Shown piece by piece: positions 1 to 13,981 of a stretch of DNA of 64,000 nt. This stretch comes from Catajapyx aquilonaris (Eukaryota): contig KZ538433.1 of the NCBI GenBank assembly GCA_000934665.2, forward strand, positions 1-64,000, read 5' to 3'. Position 1 is the first letter of the stretch. Every line of letters begins with the position of its first letter. Position numbers and translations under genes: made by a program. A model generated the notes under the pieces. The model had not been told where the DNA came from. It saw only the letters and a program-made list of their open reading frames with translations, and searched no databases.

Positions 1-336
1 GGGGGGGGAGGGGTCCTGAACAAAAGCACACTGCGATTGTGTTGAGTGATCGAATGGCCAACTGTCAGTGTGTCATAATACTACACCTCTACGACCTTCG
101 TTTTGTGTACAAGATGTCGCAACAAACCCATCCGGAAATTTCCTACATGACTGTGGCTCGTTTTCATCTGAATAACCCTTTAGAGTGAACTTAGCTCATA
201 CCAAAGTGTTGACTCTGAATACTGCCCAGTATGTTCTTCACTTTGTCAAGGGTTCCAAATTGAGGCAAAATACCTGCCTCCATAATCCTAAATAGTAGTC
301 CTCAGAAGTGTGATATGCGGAAACAATTGTTTTCAG

Positions 337-3300
337 GCTGACTGGCTCCACGACTAAGTGCTTGAATTTGTCCTCCTACAACTACCTGGGGTTTGCAGAC
401 AATGCTGGTCCATGTGCAGATGCAGCAGAATTGGCCATAAGGACAAGGGGAGTGGGAGTTGGAAGCACCAAACAGGAGTTGGGGACAATGGCCATTCATC
501 AGGAACTGGAGGAGATGGTAGCTCACTTCTTAGGTGTCGAAGATGCAATCACATTTGGGATGGGGTTTGCCACAAATGCCCTCAACCTTCCCAGTCTAGT
601 ATCCAAGGGATGTCTGGTTATCAGTGATGCCAATAATCATGCATCCATTATCTTGGGACTGAGGCTGTCGGGTGCTGCTGTCTGGGTCTTTAAGCACAAC
701 TGTGAGTATTTATTGAGTAATTAAAATGACTTTTGAATTCACATAAACTACGTGTGCTTTTGAATGACACTGGAGAAGTCCATGTGGTTCAAGTGATGAA
801 CCTGGTCATATGTCCTTAACTGCACAATGCATTTGCTCATAAGTCATACTTGACGGATATATGAATAATTTCACATTGCAGCTATTGAATTGTAGGATGC
901 TACCCATGGCATGTTGTTCCAGTGTTTGCGCATTTGTTTTGCAGGCATGAAAGACCTTGAAGAAAAGCTGCACAAAGCAGTAGTATATGGCCAACCAAGG
1001 ACGCGCAGGCCATGGAAGAAGATACTGATTGTCGTGGAAGGAGTATACAGCATGGAAGGATCCATTGTTCATTTGCCTGAGGTCATAACTCTCAAGAAGA
1101 AGTACAAGGTTTGACAATATAGGTCCTACGATTTAAGAGGAAACTTGTGCATAATAGTATGTTTATTAGGCATACCTGTACTTGGATGAAGCTCACAGCA
1201 TTGGTGCAGTGGGGCCAAAAGGACGAGGAGTACTTGACTACTATGGGTGTGACCCTAAAGATGTGGATGTTCTCATGGGGACCTTTACAAAGTCATTTGG
1301 GGGCTCAGGAGGTTACATTGCAGGGAGCAAGGTGGGTCACAGTTGCTGTGAAATATTCTGATTTTCTTACTTTCGAACCATTTCAGAAGCTGATAGACTA
1401 CTTGAGGATTCACAGTCATGCGTCGTGTTATGCCACTTCCATGTCTCCACCGGTGGCAGCACAAATCATCACTGCCATGAAGATTATCATGGGTGAAGAT
1501 GGAACTTCAGATGGTATGCTATTTTCCAATTTCCAGTCTCTTTTTTTGCCACCAAAAGTTGTGACTACTGCAGTGTTACTATTGAATTGTCCGTAATGGT
1601 TAATGATATTTGCCCCTAAGCTGCTTATTATTATGCAGTTACTTTTGAACAGTTGCTCTTAGGGCTTATCAAAAATATCTGCTAATTGGTTGAATTAGCA
1701 TTTTTTTAACCTGTTGAGGGCAACACGCCTGATATGAGGATCTGCGGATGTTTGAATTTGGCTAAAATGGGCACAGAGAATTCGAACTTTGTAGTTCCAA
1801 ATTCGGTTCAATATACTCCTGCCATCTTTTGGACAATCCATTGGCCGGGAGCAGAGCTGAGTCGAACATGCCAAGACCACGTAGCTGCCGCGTCGTCTTT
1901 CATGTATAAAAACGCCCTGAGTACAGGGTGTCGGTTAAGTCTGGACCCTTGGGAGTTTCTCACAGTATAGTGTTGTGGTAATATTATGCAACCATAATAA
2001 CAATGTATAGTGATTATGGGGAGGCGGAGTGGTGCTGCGGTAATGCACGCGCCCACGGATGTTAAGGTCCCAGGTTCGATCCCAGCCCTGGGTTCCCCCC
2101 TTCATCTCGTGCAGAGTTGGGCCATCTCTGGCTTCGTCTCGGGTGGAAATTTCCGCTAGACTAATCCACCCGGGGGAGTTCACAAAATGACCAATATACG
2201 ACATTGCACTTGCACTTTGTACATCCCCTCCTACTTACCCTTGGAACAATTTAAAAATATACGCATTATGTACGGTTCCAAACATGGTGGTATCCCACTC
2301 CCCTAACAAGGGCCCAGGGCCCGATAATGGGGTACAGTAAAAAAAAAAGAAAAAGTGTATAGTGATTATGTAAACTTGTTACGCTTATCGATGTAATGCG
2401 AGCCAAACAATTCTTATTTCTGGAACACCCTGTATATGAATTTTTCCGGCATTTTACATTAAAAAGGACCACCACGAATTAAAATGATTACTTTTAACGC
2501 GAAGTTAATATCACTCCTACATCAGATTTTGGACAAAAAAGAAGAAAACAGCCCAAAAGCCTGCCAAAAACTATGCCGTCAACAGATTAAAGCCTTAGAC
2601 GAGTCTAGAGCCTGTTAAAACATTCGACAGAGTCTGTCCTCTAATATCAGTGGCTCCCAGTGGGCAATTCTTATGACCGAATCTCCAAAATGCTTGTAAT
2701 TCATAACCTGAAGGTATACAGGAAGTATCCGTTTTACGCCAGTAGGCCCCTAATTGGTTCCAGCAACATAGCAGCGTAAAGTGAATTGGCGTCAAATGAG
2801 ACAAAATTATATGTCAGTAAATGAGAGAGGTTTCAAAATTTCTACAATTTTTCAATAGACAGTACAGTTAGTGCTGTTTTTAATGATAAATATTTGAAAC
2901 ATTTATTACACACATTTAATGGGAGGTCCCAGATTGAGGGTCATCGGGTTCTGAAGGCTCCTTTCCCGTCGACAGCAAGAGCTGCAGTTAGAGTACTTTG
3001 GCGTGAGCTGAGACCAACAATATGGCACTGTATACAGGGTGTCCCAAGTTCAAGTGACGATTTCATGTGTGCACCTACTTTTTTTCCAGGTCAACCCAGC
3101 AGGATACATACGTGTGAACTGTTACCTCTTCGGCGTCATCGAAAATATTAGCTGCCAATAGCAGCTATGTAGCTGCTATTGGCCGAAGAGGTAACAGTTC
3201 ACACGTATGTATCCTGCTGGGTTGACCTGGAAAAAAAGTAGGTGCACACATGAAATCGTCACTTGAACTTGGGACACCCTGTATATTAACCCTGTACTGC

Positions 3301-6300
3301 ACACATTTAGGATTGTGGGAAGAAAAAAATTCTAACGCCTTTTTCTCATCATATGCGACGTAAGGATGGTTTTTATTATGTTTTGGTCATCTCTGACCCA
3401 ATGACTTCGAAGTTACACCGGGTGAGTCAAAAGTCATGGCGAGTATTTTTTTATTCAAAAATGGTAACACATACAGAGATGACCTTTGCTAAGTTTTGAA
3501 GGTCCGGTGATTACAATTTCATCTGATAAATAGATGGCATCCATATCACAAAGGGGACCAGAAAACTAAAGGCGATCATAACCCCCACCCTTCCACCGTC
3601 TCATGCAGCTCGGGGTGGGGGGTCACGATCCCCTTTCGTTTACCGGCTCCCCTTGAGATCTCGGGGCCATCTATATTCCAGTCCAAATTGTAATCGCCAG
3701 GCCTTTAAAACGTAGTAATGGTCATATCTGTATATATTTCCGTTTTCGAATAAAAATAGTACAATGACTTAGGACTCAAACCTCAAGCAATATTGTGCCT
3801 GCGCCGCCAAAAAATTGTGATGAAATTGTGCTGGCAAAATTAGAATGGCCTCAAATGGCGACGAGAGAGCTACTCTTGCAGTGTTACACATGCAATTGGA
3901 TATTTAATATCTGCACCTATATCTAATCAGCTCCAGAAACAATTGCTGCTTCAGCAAATTCAAATTTCGCGCCATTTTCAACGACCTTGGGTTCTCCGCT
4001 TCATATCTTATCCCGATCGTAACATTGTCGACATTGCATGTCATCCAGCGGAAGCTAACAAACTAACGGTGACATCAAGCCACACTGTGGTTTCCAGGAC
4101 CTATGTTGAAGCTTATGGCGCCTGCGCAAATTAATTGTTGCCCTCAGGCAACAATGCCCGCTACAGGGTTAATGGAATCCGCCAAAAAGCACCACGAAAA
4201 CCATAAGAAGAGACTTTACGGTCACGTGTTTGGACTTAGAAGTGTTGCAGTGATGTGTTTATGTTTAGATTGTGTTGTTATCTTCAACATTTTGAAAATT
4301 TATTGATTACAATTTTTTCGAATGTAATTTTAAAACCGATGCTAATGTGAAGCAGTGTAAAATGAAGCAGTGTAAAACAGGTACTTCCATTGTATGCACG
4401 ATCAAGAGCAATTGAAATGTTTTTTTCAAAAACAACATATGTCAAAAATGGCTGAATATGAGTTATGACCACCACTTCATAGGTCCAAGCCATGCGCTCT
4501 TAATGCACAAATCCTAATGCAAAACGGAGAATGAGCAAGAGAGAAAAAAATGCAGCACAAATGCACCTTATGCAATAACAGCAGATGTCAACATCCTCCT
4601 GGAATCTTTTTTAAAATTATGGTACATTGTCCAATGATGCACATCATGTATTTCACAACGAAACAATGAAAAATGAACATTTATGCATCATTTTCCCACC
4701 TCTTCAGTAAGAACAGCATATGTCCTATTTCTTCTGGAATTTTTCCTTAACTACTACTGCATGCAGCCATTGGAAATTTATGCCATTATATGACACATCC
4801 ATGTGTCCGTAAGAGGCTATTTTTTATATCAGTGAAACTCCTATGTTGCAGAGCAGGGCATGTATTTTGTGTCTCCTGAAAAGTGACATTTTTTGACATG
4901 TTATTTTTGCAGAAAACCCTTCAAATGCTTTTGATTATAGCCTACTTATGGGTAACTGTAAAGGAACTTTTTGGAATAGTCTGTCATTGAGGGAACACGA
5001 TTTCATTTTGTTCACTGTGTCTCGTATCTGAATGGCAATACATCTATACGTGTGAAAAACAAACAGTTTATATCTGGCAGTCCCCAGCCACCACCTGGCC
5101 TCTCAGGGTCCTCCTGCTGCCCCCTTGCCACTTACTTCTCCCTCAGGTCATGCCACCTCCCACTTTTGGAAGCATTGCTATACCGGGTGAGCTGAAAGTT
5201 GTCATGAAACATGTAAAACATAGAGACTTTAGAAACACAGTGTGAATCATACATAACTAATTCACTACAATTGGAATATACAGGGAATAGGCGTATAATT
5301 CAACTTGCCAGAAACAGTCGCTACTTCCGCCAGCGATTGAAGCAGATGGGATTCACCATTTATGGGAATGATGACTCTCCAGTGGTACCTTTGCTGCTGT
5401 ACATGCCAGCCAAGATTGCGTTAGTAACATGAAGTTCTGGTGCCATAAATATATTCAACTGTATTGTTAATGGTGTCTTTCTTTGTAGAGCTGTTGTGAG
5501 AGAAATGAGGAAAAGGAAAGTTGCAGTAGTTGGTGTGGGATTTCCAGCTACTACACTGGTGTCAGGCAGAGTGCGGTTTTGTTTGTCAGCTGCACATACA
5601 AAGGAGATGTTAGATGAGGTATGCTACCTATTGTTTATTCGAGGCCAGATTTTTACCTCTTGCGAGAAGAGATTCTATTAAATCTGGAAAAGAGGCACAT
5701 GTTGAGAATCCTTGATCAGAAATTCTGAATCCGAAAGTTTTTTGAAGTGCTGATATGACGTGCCACAAATGGGAAATTTCTTGTGAATGTAACATGACTA
5801 GCATCCTTACCTGTATCTGTACATATACAAAATTATTTAAAATTTATATAAATGACTTTCGGGCCTGATGTGTAACCTTCATTATGAAATGTATGGGGAT
5901 GTGGTGTTCAGGCATTTTTCCCATCTGAAAGCTGCCCTATTTTAAATATGCAAATATACAAATATGTCAAAATCCGAAGAAAGGATTCTCAACTTGTATT
6001 GGCAATTAACCATACTGTCTATGTTATATGTCACTGGATGCTGAAGTCCAGGGACCTTTTGCTGCATTGTGGTGAGAATTCTTTCCAACAAGTTCGATCT
6101 CACCTGATTTGTCCACTCGAGGCCATGATGCAGCAGTGAATATTTCTTCTATGTATATCATTATCATATTATTGACTAGTGACAGCCCTACTAATACGAG
6201 AATCATGTGTGTCTTCACAACCACAAAGTGACACATACAATTGAAGACATCACTTGCCAAAGGGCCCAATTCCAAATTTCGAAGAACCGTGTTTTATTGC

Positions 6301-9300
6301 GGATTCCTACTCTTGGAGTCGGGCCTCACAGCCCTGGTGAAGATGAAGGGCCCAAGTCAACCAGAACTGCTTTAAAATTGAATCATTAACTACAAAACTC
6401 CATTTGGAGCAATGAAGCATACATGCAGTTTTTTCTCTCTCCTTTGTGGAATTGGGCCCTTTGGCAAGTGGCGTCTTCAGTTGAAAGACCCTACCATACT
6501 TGCAATGTGTAATTACCATGGCAGGCTAGAGCAAAGAGTCCATGTGTGGCCCAATTTGAATGTTCAAAATCAAGATCTTCAGTTTCTTTTAACTCAGACA
6601 CAGCTGCATAATGAGTGTTTACACAATCACCAATGATTTCTGGGCTCGTAATTTACCTGCTGAGAATTTCCTTCAAATATGTCATTTCTGACTTGGTAAG
6701 TACTCTTTGTCAATTTAATAATAATTTTCAGGCTCCCATATACATATGTGACCCCTCACAGGAGTAACAAACCCTACCTTTTTTATGACGACTATTGCAG
6801 GAAACTCTGCCCACTTGAAGACAAATTCTGAAAAAAAGGCCAGCTGACCCTGACTTCCCAATTTCGCCCAATCCTCATCGACATATTCTACCAGAAAAAT
6901 AACACAGTGAGGCTATTATTAGTTTCAAACGAAATTGTCATTAAGGGGGCCTTTTATCACCCCTTTTTGGGCAGCAGGGAGTGGAATTATGGTGTGCAGG
7001 CACATATTCACTGATTCCAGGCATGCTGCTAGCCATCTGGTCATGCAGTATTTTGCATGGCACAGAGGAAGGTCTAGCACTGTTTCCAGTCATGGAATGG
7101 TTCAAATTGGACAATAATTGATGTTAGCAATATGAAACCTTTTATAATGTGTGCCACATGGACGTCACTGCAGAGCCAGATGTTAAACTTTTGACAGTTC
7201 TTGGTGGACTTTGCATGGTAAGAGCTAGAGCCTTGCAGTGCTCTCCACAGCACCTAGCAGCTCTCAGCAATTGAAAAGCAAAGGTTCACTGCTGTAGATG
7301 CTGGGGACTGGTAAAAAATGTCAAAATGACTTGAAAAGTCATTCGAAACGGGATCAAGGTTGGATAGATGTTTCACTGGGGACAGCATCGTGTAAACAGA
7401 CTTGAGCACCTTCATTTTTGTTAGGGTTGAAGAATAGTTTGTTTATTTGTTGGATGTAAATGCTGGAACCTTATTTGTAATGCCTCTGTATTGCAAACTG
7501 TGGAGACGTGCCTGATAGGAGAAGGGCAAGTTTAGTGTCAATATTAAGCCTTTAAGAGCCTGTTGTGTGATCCACAATAGATCAAGAAAAGTCGTTGATT
7601 CATGTTTTTCACATAGGATAAGTCACTTGTTCTTGGTTTACTAGCAAGAGTGCATTCAGCTCTTAGTGTGTTCACCTGTGTTGGTAGTCTAGTGGAAATA
7701 CCAGAGATACGCCTAAACATGCTAGAGAATTCATGCAAGGGCGGGGTTAGACTCGAAAGGGCACCGTTCGTATTGGTGTAATTAATGCATGCGAGATTCC
7801 AGCTCCTTGCGCACAGAATTAGGACGAGCTCTATTTTACCTTCGTGACGCGCAAGTGACATCACTATTCAAGATGGCCCCTTGTGACCCAGTCACTCTCT
7901 CAGGTCTGAAAAGGGGTGCATGTGGCCTCTCCTTCCAGTCCCTAGCCATGCGGTGTTGCGATCATTGCAGCAGGCCCGTGGGAGTGAGAGGATGGAGGCA
8001 GGACCTGGAAGTTCGGCTACTTGGCCTGTGCGGTTGATCGGATGCCATCGTCTCCTTGTACAGTACTGTACGTCACATGCGCTTTTCCATAATAATAGGC
8101 AGCGTGCGTGATTGGATTATCCCCCTACGTGAAACCCGCAAGTGTGTTTCACTACCGTGTATGGGGCCTTAAGAGAGAGGGCTGGGGGGAGGGGGGGGAG
8201 GACATAAAGGAATAGGGAAAAGACACGTGCCAGTTTCGATTATATCCCAGTCCTTTCTTTCTCTGGGTGGGGATTTTTCCTCCACAGTTGAAACCTCCAC
8301 ATGCCCTTCTGTAATAATTATTCATGACAATTGGCTTCCAACCTGTTACTATTCCCAGTAACATGCTCAGTTACGACTCACCATATGTGCATTTCATTGG
8401 AATGTGGCATTTTCACTCTTTGTTTTGTCATTATCATTTTTAACGACCTGAGCAGGTTCCCTATGCAGATGATATCTAGGAATGGCAAATATGAATAAAC
8501 GTTACACACAGAAATATTTAACATAACCAGGCTCCTTTATGGTAGCCTTCATAAGTCGCATGCTGCAAGGATCTGTCCCATGATAGATTTTGCTGTGTGC
8601 CTCGATAAACTTTATTTTTGATGTCATTTCTAATGATATTGGGTGATAAGTGAAACTCAATTTTTTCCTATTTGTTCCATGGGCTGTAAAAATCTGGGCT
8701 GGAAGTCAAGAATTTGCAAATTTGGTCACCTTTCAAAACGAGCTAGGAACCTTCCAGAGCTTAATTTTTTTATAGCAATGGTAGATGATTTCGAATTTTT
8801 ATACAGTAAAACTTCCATAAGTCAAATCTCCATGGGACCGGGATAAAACTTCGAGTTATAGAAGATTCGAGTTAGAGAAGTTTGGATCTTTTACAGCACA
8901 GAACTTTATAAGGAAGCCTACCCTTATATCCAGTGACAATGGGGAGGTGTGGTGGCCGAGATGGTAACGTCTCGGCTTGCTGAGTGAAAGGCCCCAGGTT
9001 CGATCCCCGCCTGGGGAACTTTCCTTTCACCTGAGTCAGGAGGGTCTCTGACCTGCACCAAGGAGGTGTCTGGCAACCTAACCTCCTGGGGAACAGCACA
9101 TGACCCATTAGCTATGACATTGCACCTTGCACCCATGTTCCCTCCCCAAAAATCCCTATCCTTTCCCATTGTCCCTGTTTCCTTGCACCAGTGAACGAAG
9201 CGAAAATATATACAGAAAACTGATGGTGGTATGCCACCCCCCAATAGCTCCCATAAGGGACATCATGGGGTAAAAAATAAAATAAAAATCCAGTGACAAA

Positions 9301-12300
9301 AGGTGTTCAAAACTTAAAAATAACTGTCACTATCACACTTACAATGTTCCTCGTTGTTTTGGTGTAAAAAAAAACTTATGTGATGGACATTTGCCTACTC
9401 TTGGATTCAATTGTCACAACAGAGTCAAACACTTCTTTTGGTACATCTGGTAGACGGAGATCAGGAAATTGAGCCTTTCTGTACATGTGGCCTACTCTCG
9501 ACCCTTTGGCTGGGAAATTAGAAAATTTTCCTTACTCGCCAACATGAACTTCGACTTAGGGAGACTGAAAATGCATTGATATCCCACCATCAGGCGCTGC
9601 CAGCACTTCAAGTTATGGAGAACTTCGAGTTGTAGAAATTCGAGTTAGGGAAGTTTATTTCCTATTATTTTACATTGTGACCAACCAAGTTCATCATTTT
9701 TTTCGACTTATAGAGAACTTCGACTTAGGGAAGTTCGACTTATAGAAGTTTTACTGTAGTTGCTTATTGCTCAATGAAAAGGATATTCATAAAATCCATG
9801 ATTGAAAAATACTCATTGCACATTGGGGCAACCCGTCAATGGGGAAAATGAATACATCCACATGTCATTTTCATTAAAGTTCAGGTTTAGCGAACAAAAT
9901 GTGACTAAATATATAATAATTTTATTTTTATTTTTAAATTCCATCGATGTTGCACATTTGGAAAAACAACAACTTTCACCTCTTTTTTCTTATAATATAG
10001 CATTACATTATTTCAGTTTCTTAATTACTAAACAAAAGAATCTCTACAGGACACATGGGGCATTTGGTTTAGTCACGTGTGGGTGGCATCTACTGATACC
10101 TTTGGGTAATCATATATATCGTTTGATCTCAAGCTTCCTCTGCAAACTTGCCTCATATATCATACGAAGACTTTGGGGGAAGAACGATCAAGGTTCACTT
10201 CAGGTGAAACTGAGATATTGGAATTGCAAACTTTGAAGACCCATTCTATTGTACTTCTAGGTGTGATCAAAAAGTTCCTGGACTGTGTTCATAAAAACAT
10301 TAATATTTACTTTAAGTCCTAATTTCCACTGCCACCTTCAAAGTAGTTACCTTGGGCACGTATACAACGATCCCAGCGAATTTCCCATTTTTGGAAGCAC
10401 CCCAAAAAATTGGCCAGCCGTAGCGTGTTCAGCACCTGCTGTGATTTTGCTTAGAGCTCTTTAGTGGAGTCAAAACGCCTCCTTTTCCACCCACATTTCA
10501 TTTTAGGGAAGAGGTAGAAATCACATGGTTCCAGGACAAACGAATAAGCAGGGTGTGGAACAATGATCATGTTGTTTTTTGTCAGGAAGTCCCTTACTAC
10601 GCGTGAGGTGTGTGCAGGCGGCATTGTCATGGTGCAGCAACCAGTCTCCGTTCTTCCATATCTCCAGCCAATTTAGCCTAAATTGTCTCAAACCATCGCA
10701 GTAAGACTTGCCGATGACAGTTTTACCAGGAGGGAGTAACTCCGTATGCACAATTCCTATAATGCCAAAGAAAATTATCAGCATTGAGTTGATTTTGCTG
10801 CGAACTTGGCGCGTCACTTTTGAAGCTGTTAACCCACTCATATGTTATTGCTTGTCTTACAAATTGCTCATCAAAAGCCTTGTTCAGCATTCGGTGGGTT
10901 GCAGCCAAAATTCCTGAAATCAGATACACCCTGTATAGTACTCGTACATCCCATGTTCGGGGCCTTCATGGTGGACTATGATCATAACGCCACAACCAAC
11001 TATCATATTCTACAATAGTTAATATGCTATGGGATATATGTAACTGGGTCATTCCATGTGAAATCACCGAGCCTCCGGACCCTTGGGTTGTCAGATCATG
11101 ATGAAATACCCCACACCCGATTAACCCCTTCGCTACCAGCTACACCTGCCATTGCCTAGATTATGTCTTACATGTACTCCTAAGTTAAGGACAGGATATT
11201 TTACAAATTTTAGTAACAACTATACTTACACTTTTATGGAAAACACTATGAATGTGTCTGGAACCATTTTCTTCATCTAGAAGTCCCAAAATTAATTTTC
11301 AAAAAGATCGCTGTAAAACTCGAAATTCGAGTACTGCCGACCAACTGTTAAGCAGATTTAATTATGAAGTACCAGTTAAAATTCACGAAATATTAACCTT
11401 GAGAACCGCGCCAGAGGAATTTGCTGAAACCGTAGTACTTCGTGATAATTAAAGTAATTCTTATCTGCGGCTTTCCTGTTACTTAGGAAAATTCCCAAAC
11501 CTATTTAATTCTCTTGATGTACCACGATTTCAGCAAATTCTTCTGGCTAGGTTCTCAGGGTTGATATCCTGTATATTTTAATGTACAGTATTTCATAATT
11601 AAATCAGCCTCACAGTTGGCTGGTAATACCTGAATTTCGAGTTTTTTTACAGCAACATCAGTGAAAATTTACTTAGGAACTTCTAGAGGAGGAAAATTGT
11701 CTCCAACACATACATCGTGTATAGCATGAACGTGTAAGTATAACTGTTATTATTTGTAAAAATATCTTGTCTGTATCTTCAGAGTACACGTAATTGAAAA
11801 TCTAGGTGATGGCCTAGCGGTTTGCCAGTAGTACTTGAATTTCAAGCTATTACTTTTGAAAATTAATTTAGGGACTTCTACACGAGTGAAAATTGTTTCC
11901 AATGCATACATAGTGAAGAGCATGAACCTGTAAATGAGTCTGTTATCATTTGTGAAATATCTTGTCCTCATCTTCAGAGTATGTGTAAGCTAAAACTTAG
12001 CCGATGGTATTCTGCCGCGATCTTTTTGAAAATTAATATAGGGACTGTTAGACGATGAAAATGGTTCCAAACACATTCAGAGTGTTTTCCATGAATGTGC
12101 AAATATAGCTGTTATTATTTGTAAAATGTCTTCTCATTATCTTCAGAATATGTGTAAGCCAAAATCTGGGATGGCAGTATAGCTGGTGCTCTGCCGCGAT
12201 CTTTTCGGAAATTAATTTAGGGACTCATAGACGATGGAAATAGTTCTGAACACACACATAGGGTAGAGCATGGTATACATATGGCTGTCATTATTTGTAA

Positions 12301-13981
12301 AATATATTATTTTTATCTTCAGAGTAAGTGTAAGTTGAACGGAAACGAAAATTGAGGCGATGATGGTATAGTGGTAGCAAAGGGGCTCTTTACATCCCCC
12401 AAGAATACCATTTGTGTGGCCCACCGAAAAAAAAAACAAAAAAAAAGCCTTTTTGGAAGGTAAGGTTTCAAAAATCAGTCATATCTCATGGACCAATTGA
12501 GCTACAGACGTCGCCGACCACTCTACATAAAGGGATTTGCCCAATCTACCTAAAACACAAGAAATGCGGAATTTTTCTTTTTTGAAACTTTGTTCCATTT
12601 GAACTTTTTTTTTGAAAATTGGCTTCCCAATTTGAAAATCTGATTTTGAAATGTGTTATAGCTCAGAACGCCTCCTAGAGATAGGAAAAGGATGGAAGTA
12701 GTAATTTTCCATTTCAGGAAGAAAATTGCATTTGAAGGTCCGCATGCGCGCCCAAATTAGACCAGGCACTAAATCTCATATCATTCATGTTGGTAGCAAC
12801 ATTTGAAGCGAGTTTCCAGCCAGCCATTTTTGACTAATTCGACCCAGCAGATTTCGAAAATCGAGGTTAGCACTCTGGATTTTGGGTCTTTGTGACTCAA
12901 AAACCAGATGGTGTCCAAGGTTACAGCATTTCCCAGAATTATAATGTATTCACTAATTTTTACTCTAAATGTGGGAAGTGAGGTGTGGTTTTAGGGGTTT
13001 TCTGGGTCACTAAGGTCAACCATGAGTGACCCAAGGTCATATGACATCACCGGAAATCCAAAATTTGGAATGGCAGGCAGTTTTATGGACTTGAAAGATC
13101 GTGTTTATTATACACACACAAGACTATCACAGAATACATTGTGTCTGGCAATATAGGATGTTGCTGCAGGGGGATTGAACACTACCAGGTGAGAGTTCTC
13201 CCAGAAAAAAAACAGCTTGCAGATAAGCTCTCAGGATGTATACTGTTGGACTGCATCAGTAGTTGGCAGAAGAACCTCAGTTTGGTTGCAAACTTTGTTA
13301 AAATAGAAAACTATGTATTTGCCATTATTGCCAGACGCAACGTATTCTGTGACAGTCTTATGTGTGTATAATAAACCAGACCTTTCAATTCCGTAAAACT
13401 GCCTGCCATTTCAAATTTTAGACTTCCGGTGATGTCATGTGACCTTGGGTATGCTGTGGCTGAAGTTACCCGGCCCGCCTCGGCAAGGCAGCCAATTATT
13501 CTCGTTCCATGTACTTGCAGTCAACAATGCATAGTTGCTGTATATGTCAAGTGGCAGGTATACCATTTTCAGAATTTAGGTCACATCCATGTCAGTAAAA
13601 ACTCTCATTTTCACTCCCATCTGTTGCCTCACCTTCAAGTATGTCAGTGAATTACATACACAGTTGGAAAGGCATTGTAATGAAGGTTTCCAATAGACAA
13701 TTTCGAACCAACAACTTGTAGGGGTCATCCATGAAGTCCACCATGCATTTACCTATCCTTACCATTGTAATGTACTTAATGGATGACTCGTTACTTGTGG
13801 TATGATATGACAATTGTTTTTATCATTTTAAATATAGTAACTTAATTATGCATTGCATATATTTTAATTCCAGGTTCTGGCACAGATGGACCAAGTGGGT
13901 GACTATTTATGGCTGAAATATTCTCGCCTGCCACGTCCAAAAGGAACAATAGTATATGGAATAGAGGATAAAAGTGAGTGA
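337..13981 (+). CDS. SPTLC2: Serine palmitoyltransferase 2-like, copy A (5' exons outside window). Exons 337-701, 945-1108, 1170-1331, 1387-1513, 5284-5419, 5489-5618, 13874-13981
   Basis: Spliced translation gives [48 protein letters not shown], the PLP-lysine motif GTFTKSFG and [11 protein letters not shown], ending [25 protein letters not shown]. All introns are GT-AG with consistent phases, and internal exon lengths equal those of copy B. Confidence 0.95.
2019..2355 (+). mobile_element. tRNA-derived SINE, family A, copy 1
   Basis: A/B-box head (GGTTCGATCCC), A-rich tail, 15-bp TSD TGTATAGTGATTATG (2004-2018 and 2356-2370). Homologous to 31584-31975 and 54310-54660. Confidence 0.85.
3035..3281. 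mobile_element. Palindromic Tc1/mariner-type MITE
   Basis: About 100-bp perfect inverted arms starting CAGGGTGTCCC, TA flanks. Confidence 0.88.
3416..3782. mobile_element. Degenerate foldback MITE
   Basis: Imperfect inverted arms. The left arm recurs inverted at about 21385-21470. Confidence 0.55.
6239..6482. repeat. Inverted repeat, probable MITE relic
   Basis: GAAGACATCACTTGCCAAAGGGCCCAATTCC pairs with GGAATTGGGCCCTTTGGCAAGTGGCGTCTTC. Confidence 0.55.
8804..9756. mobile_element. pogo/Tigger-like MITE interrupted by SINE B
   Basis: TIR CAGTAAAACTT, TA TSD. Uninterrupted sibling at 56941-57525. Confidence 0.85.
8941..9287 (+). mobile_element. tRNA-derived SINE, family B, inserted in a pogo-like MITE
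   Basis: Head GTGGTGGCCGAGATGGT..GGTTCGATCCCC, 12-bp TSD ATCCAGTGACAA. Near-identical copy at 60235. Confidence 0.88.
10257..10935 (-). pseudogene. Decayed, internally deleted mariner transposase
   Basis: Frameshifted fragments [17 protein letters not shown] (HTH), [47 protein letters not shown]-like GGTGTGATCAAAAAGTTCC at the left end. Confidence 0.85.
11125..12385. mobile_element. Asymmetric foldback element with internal 170-200 bp tandem units
   Basis: Termini CCCCTTCGCTACC and GGTAGCAAAGGGG, TTAA on the left only. One inverted unit in the left arm, four direct units in the right arm. Confidence 0.65.
13029..13450. mobile_element. Foldback MITE
   Basis: About 125-bp imperfect inverted arms (ACCCAAGGTCATATGACATCACCGGAA..). 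Confidence 0.7.

Noticed and set aside
7735..8170. CpG-rich patch in the last intron of SPT copy A as an internal promoter or nested gene
   Set aside because: No convincing ORF or splice chain. It is more likely TE-derived and cannot be resolved without data.
8941..9015. tRNA genes at the SINE heads (also 2019, 24933, 25650, 38570, 59264, 60235)
   Set aside because: A/B boxes are present, but they continue into SINE bodies with tails and TSDs and lack a clean acceptor stem and terminator.
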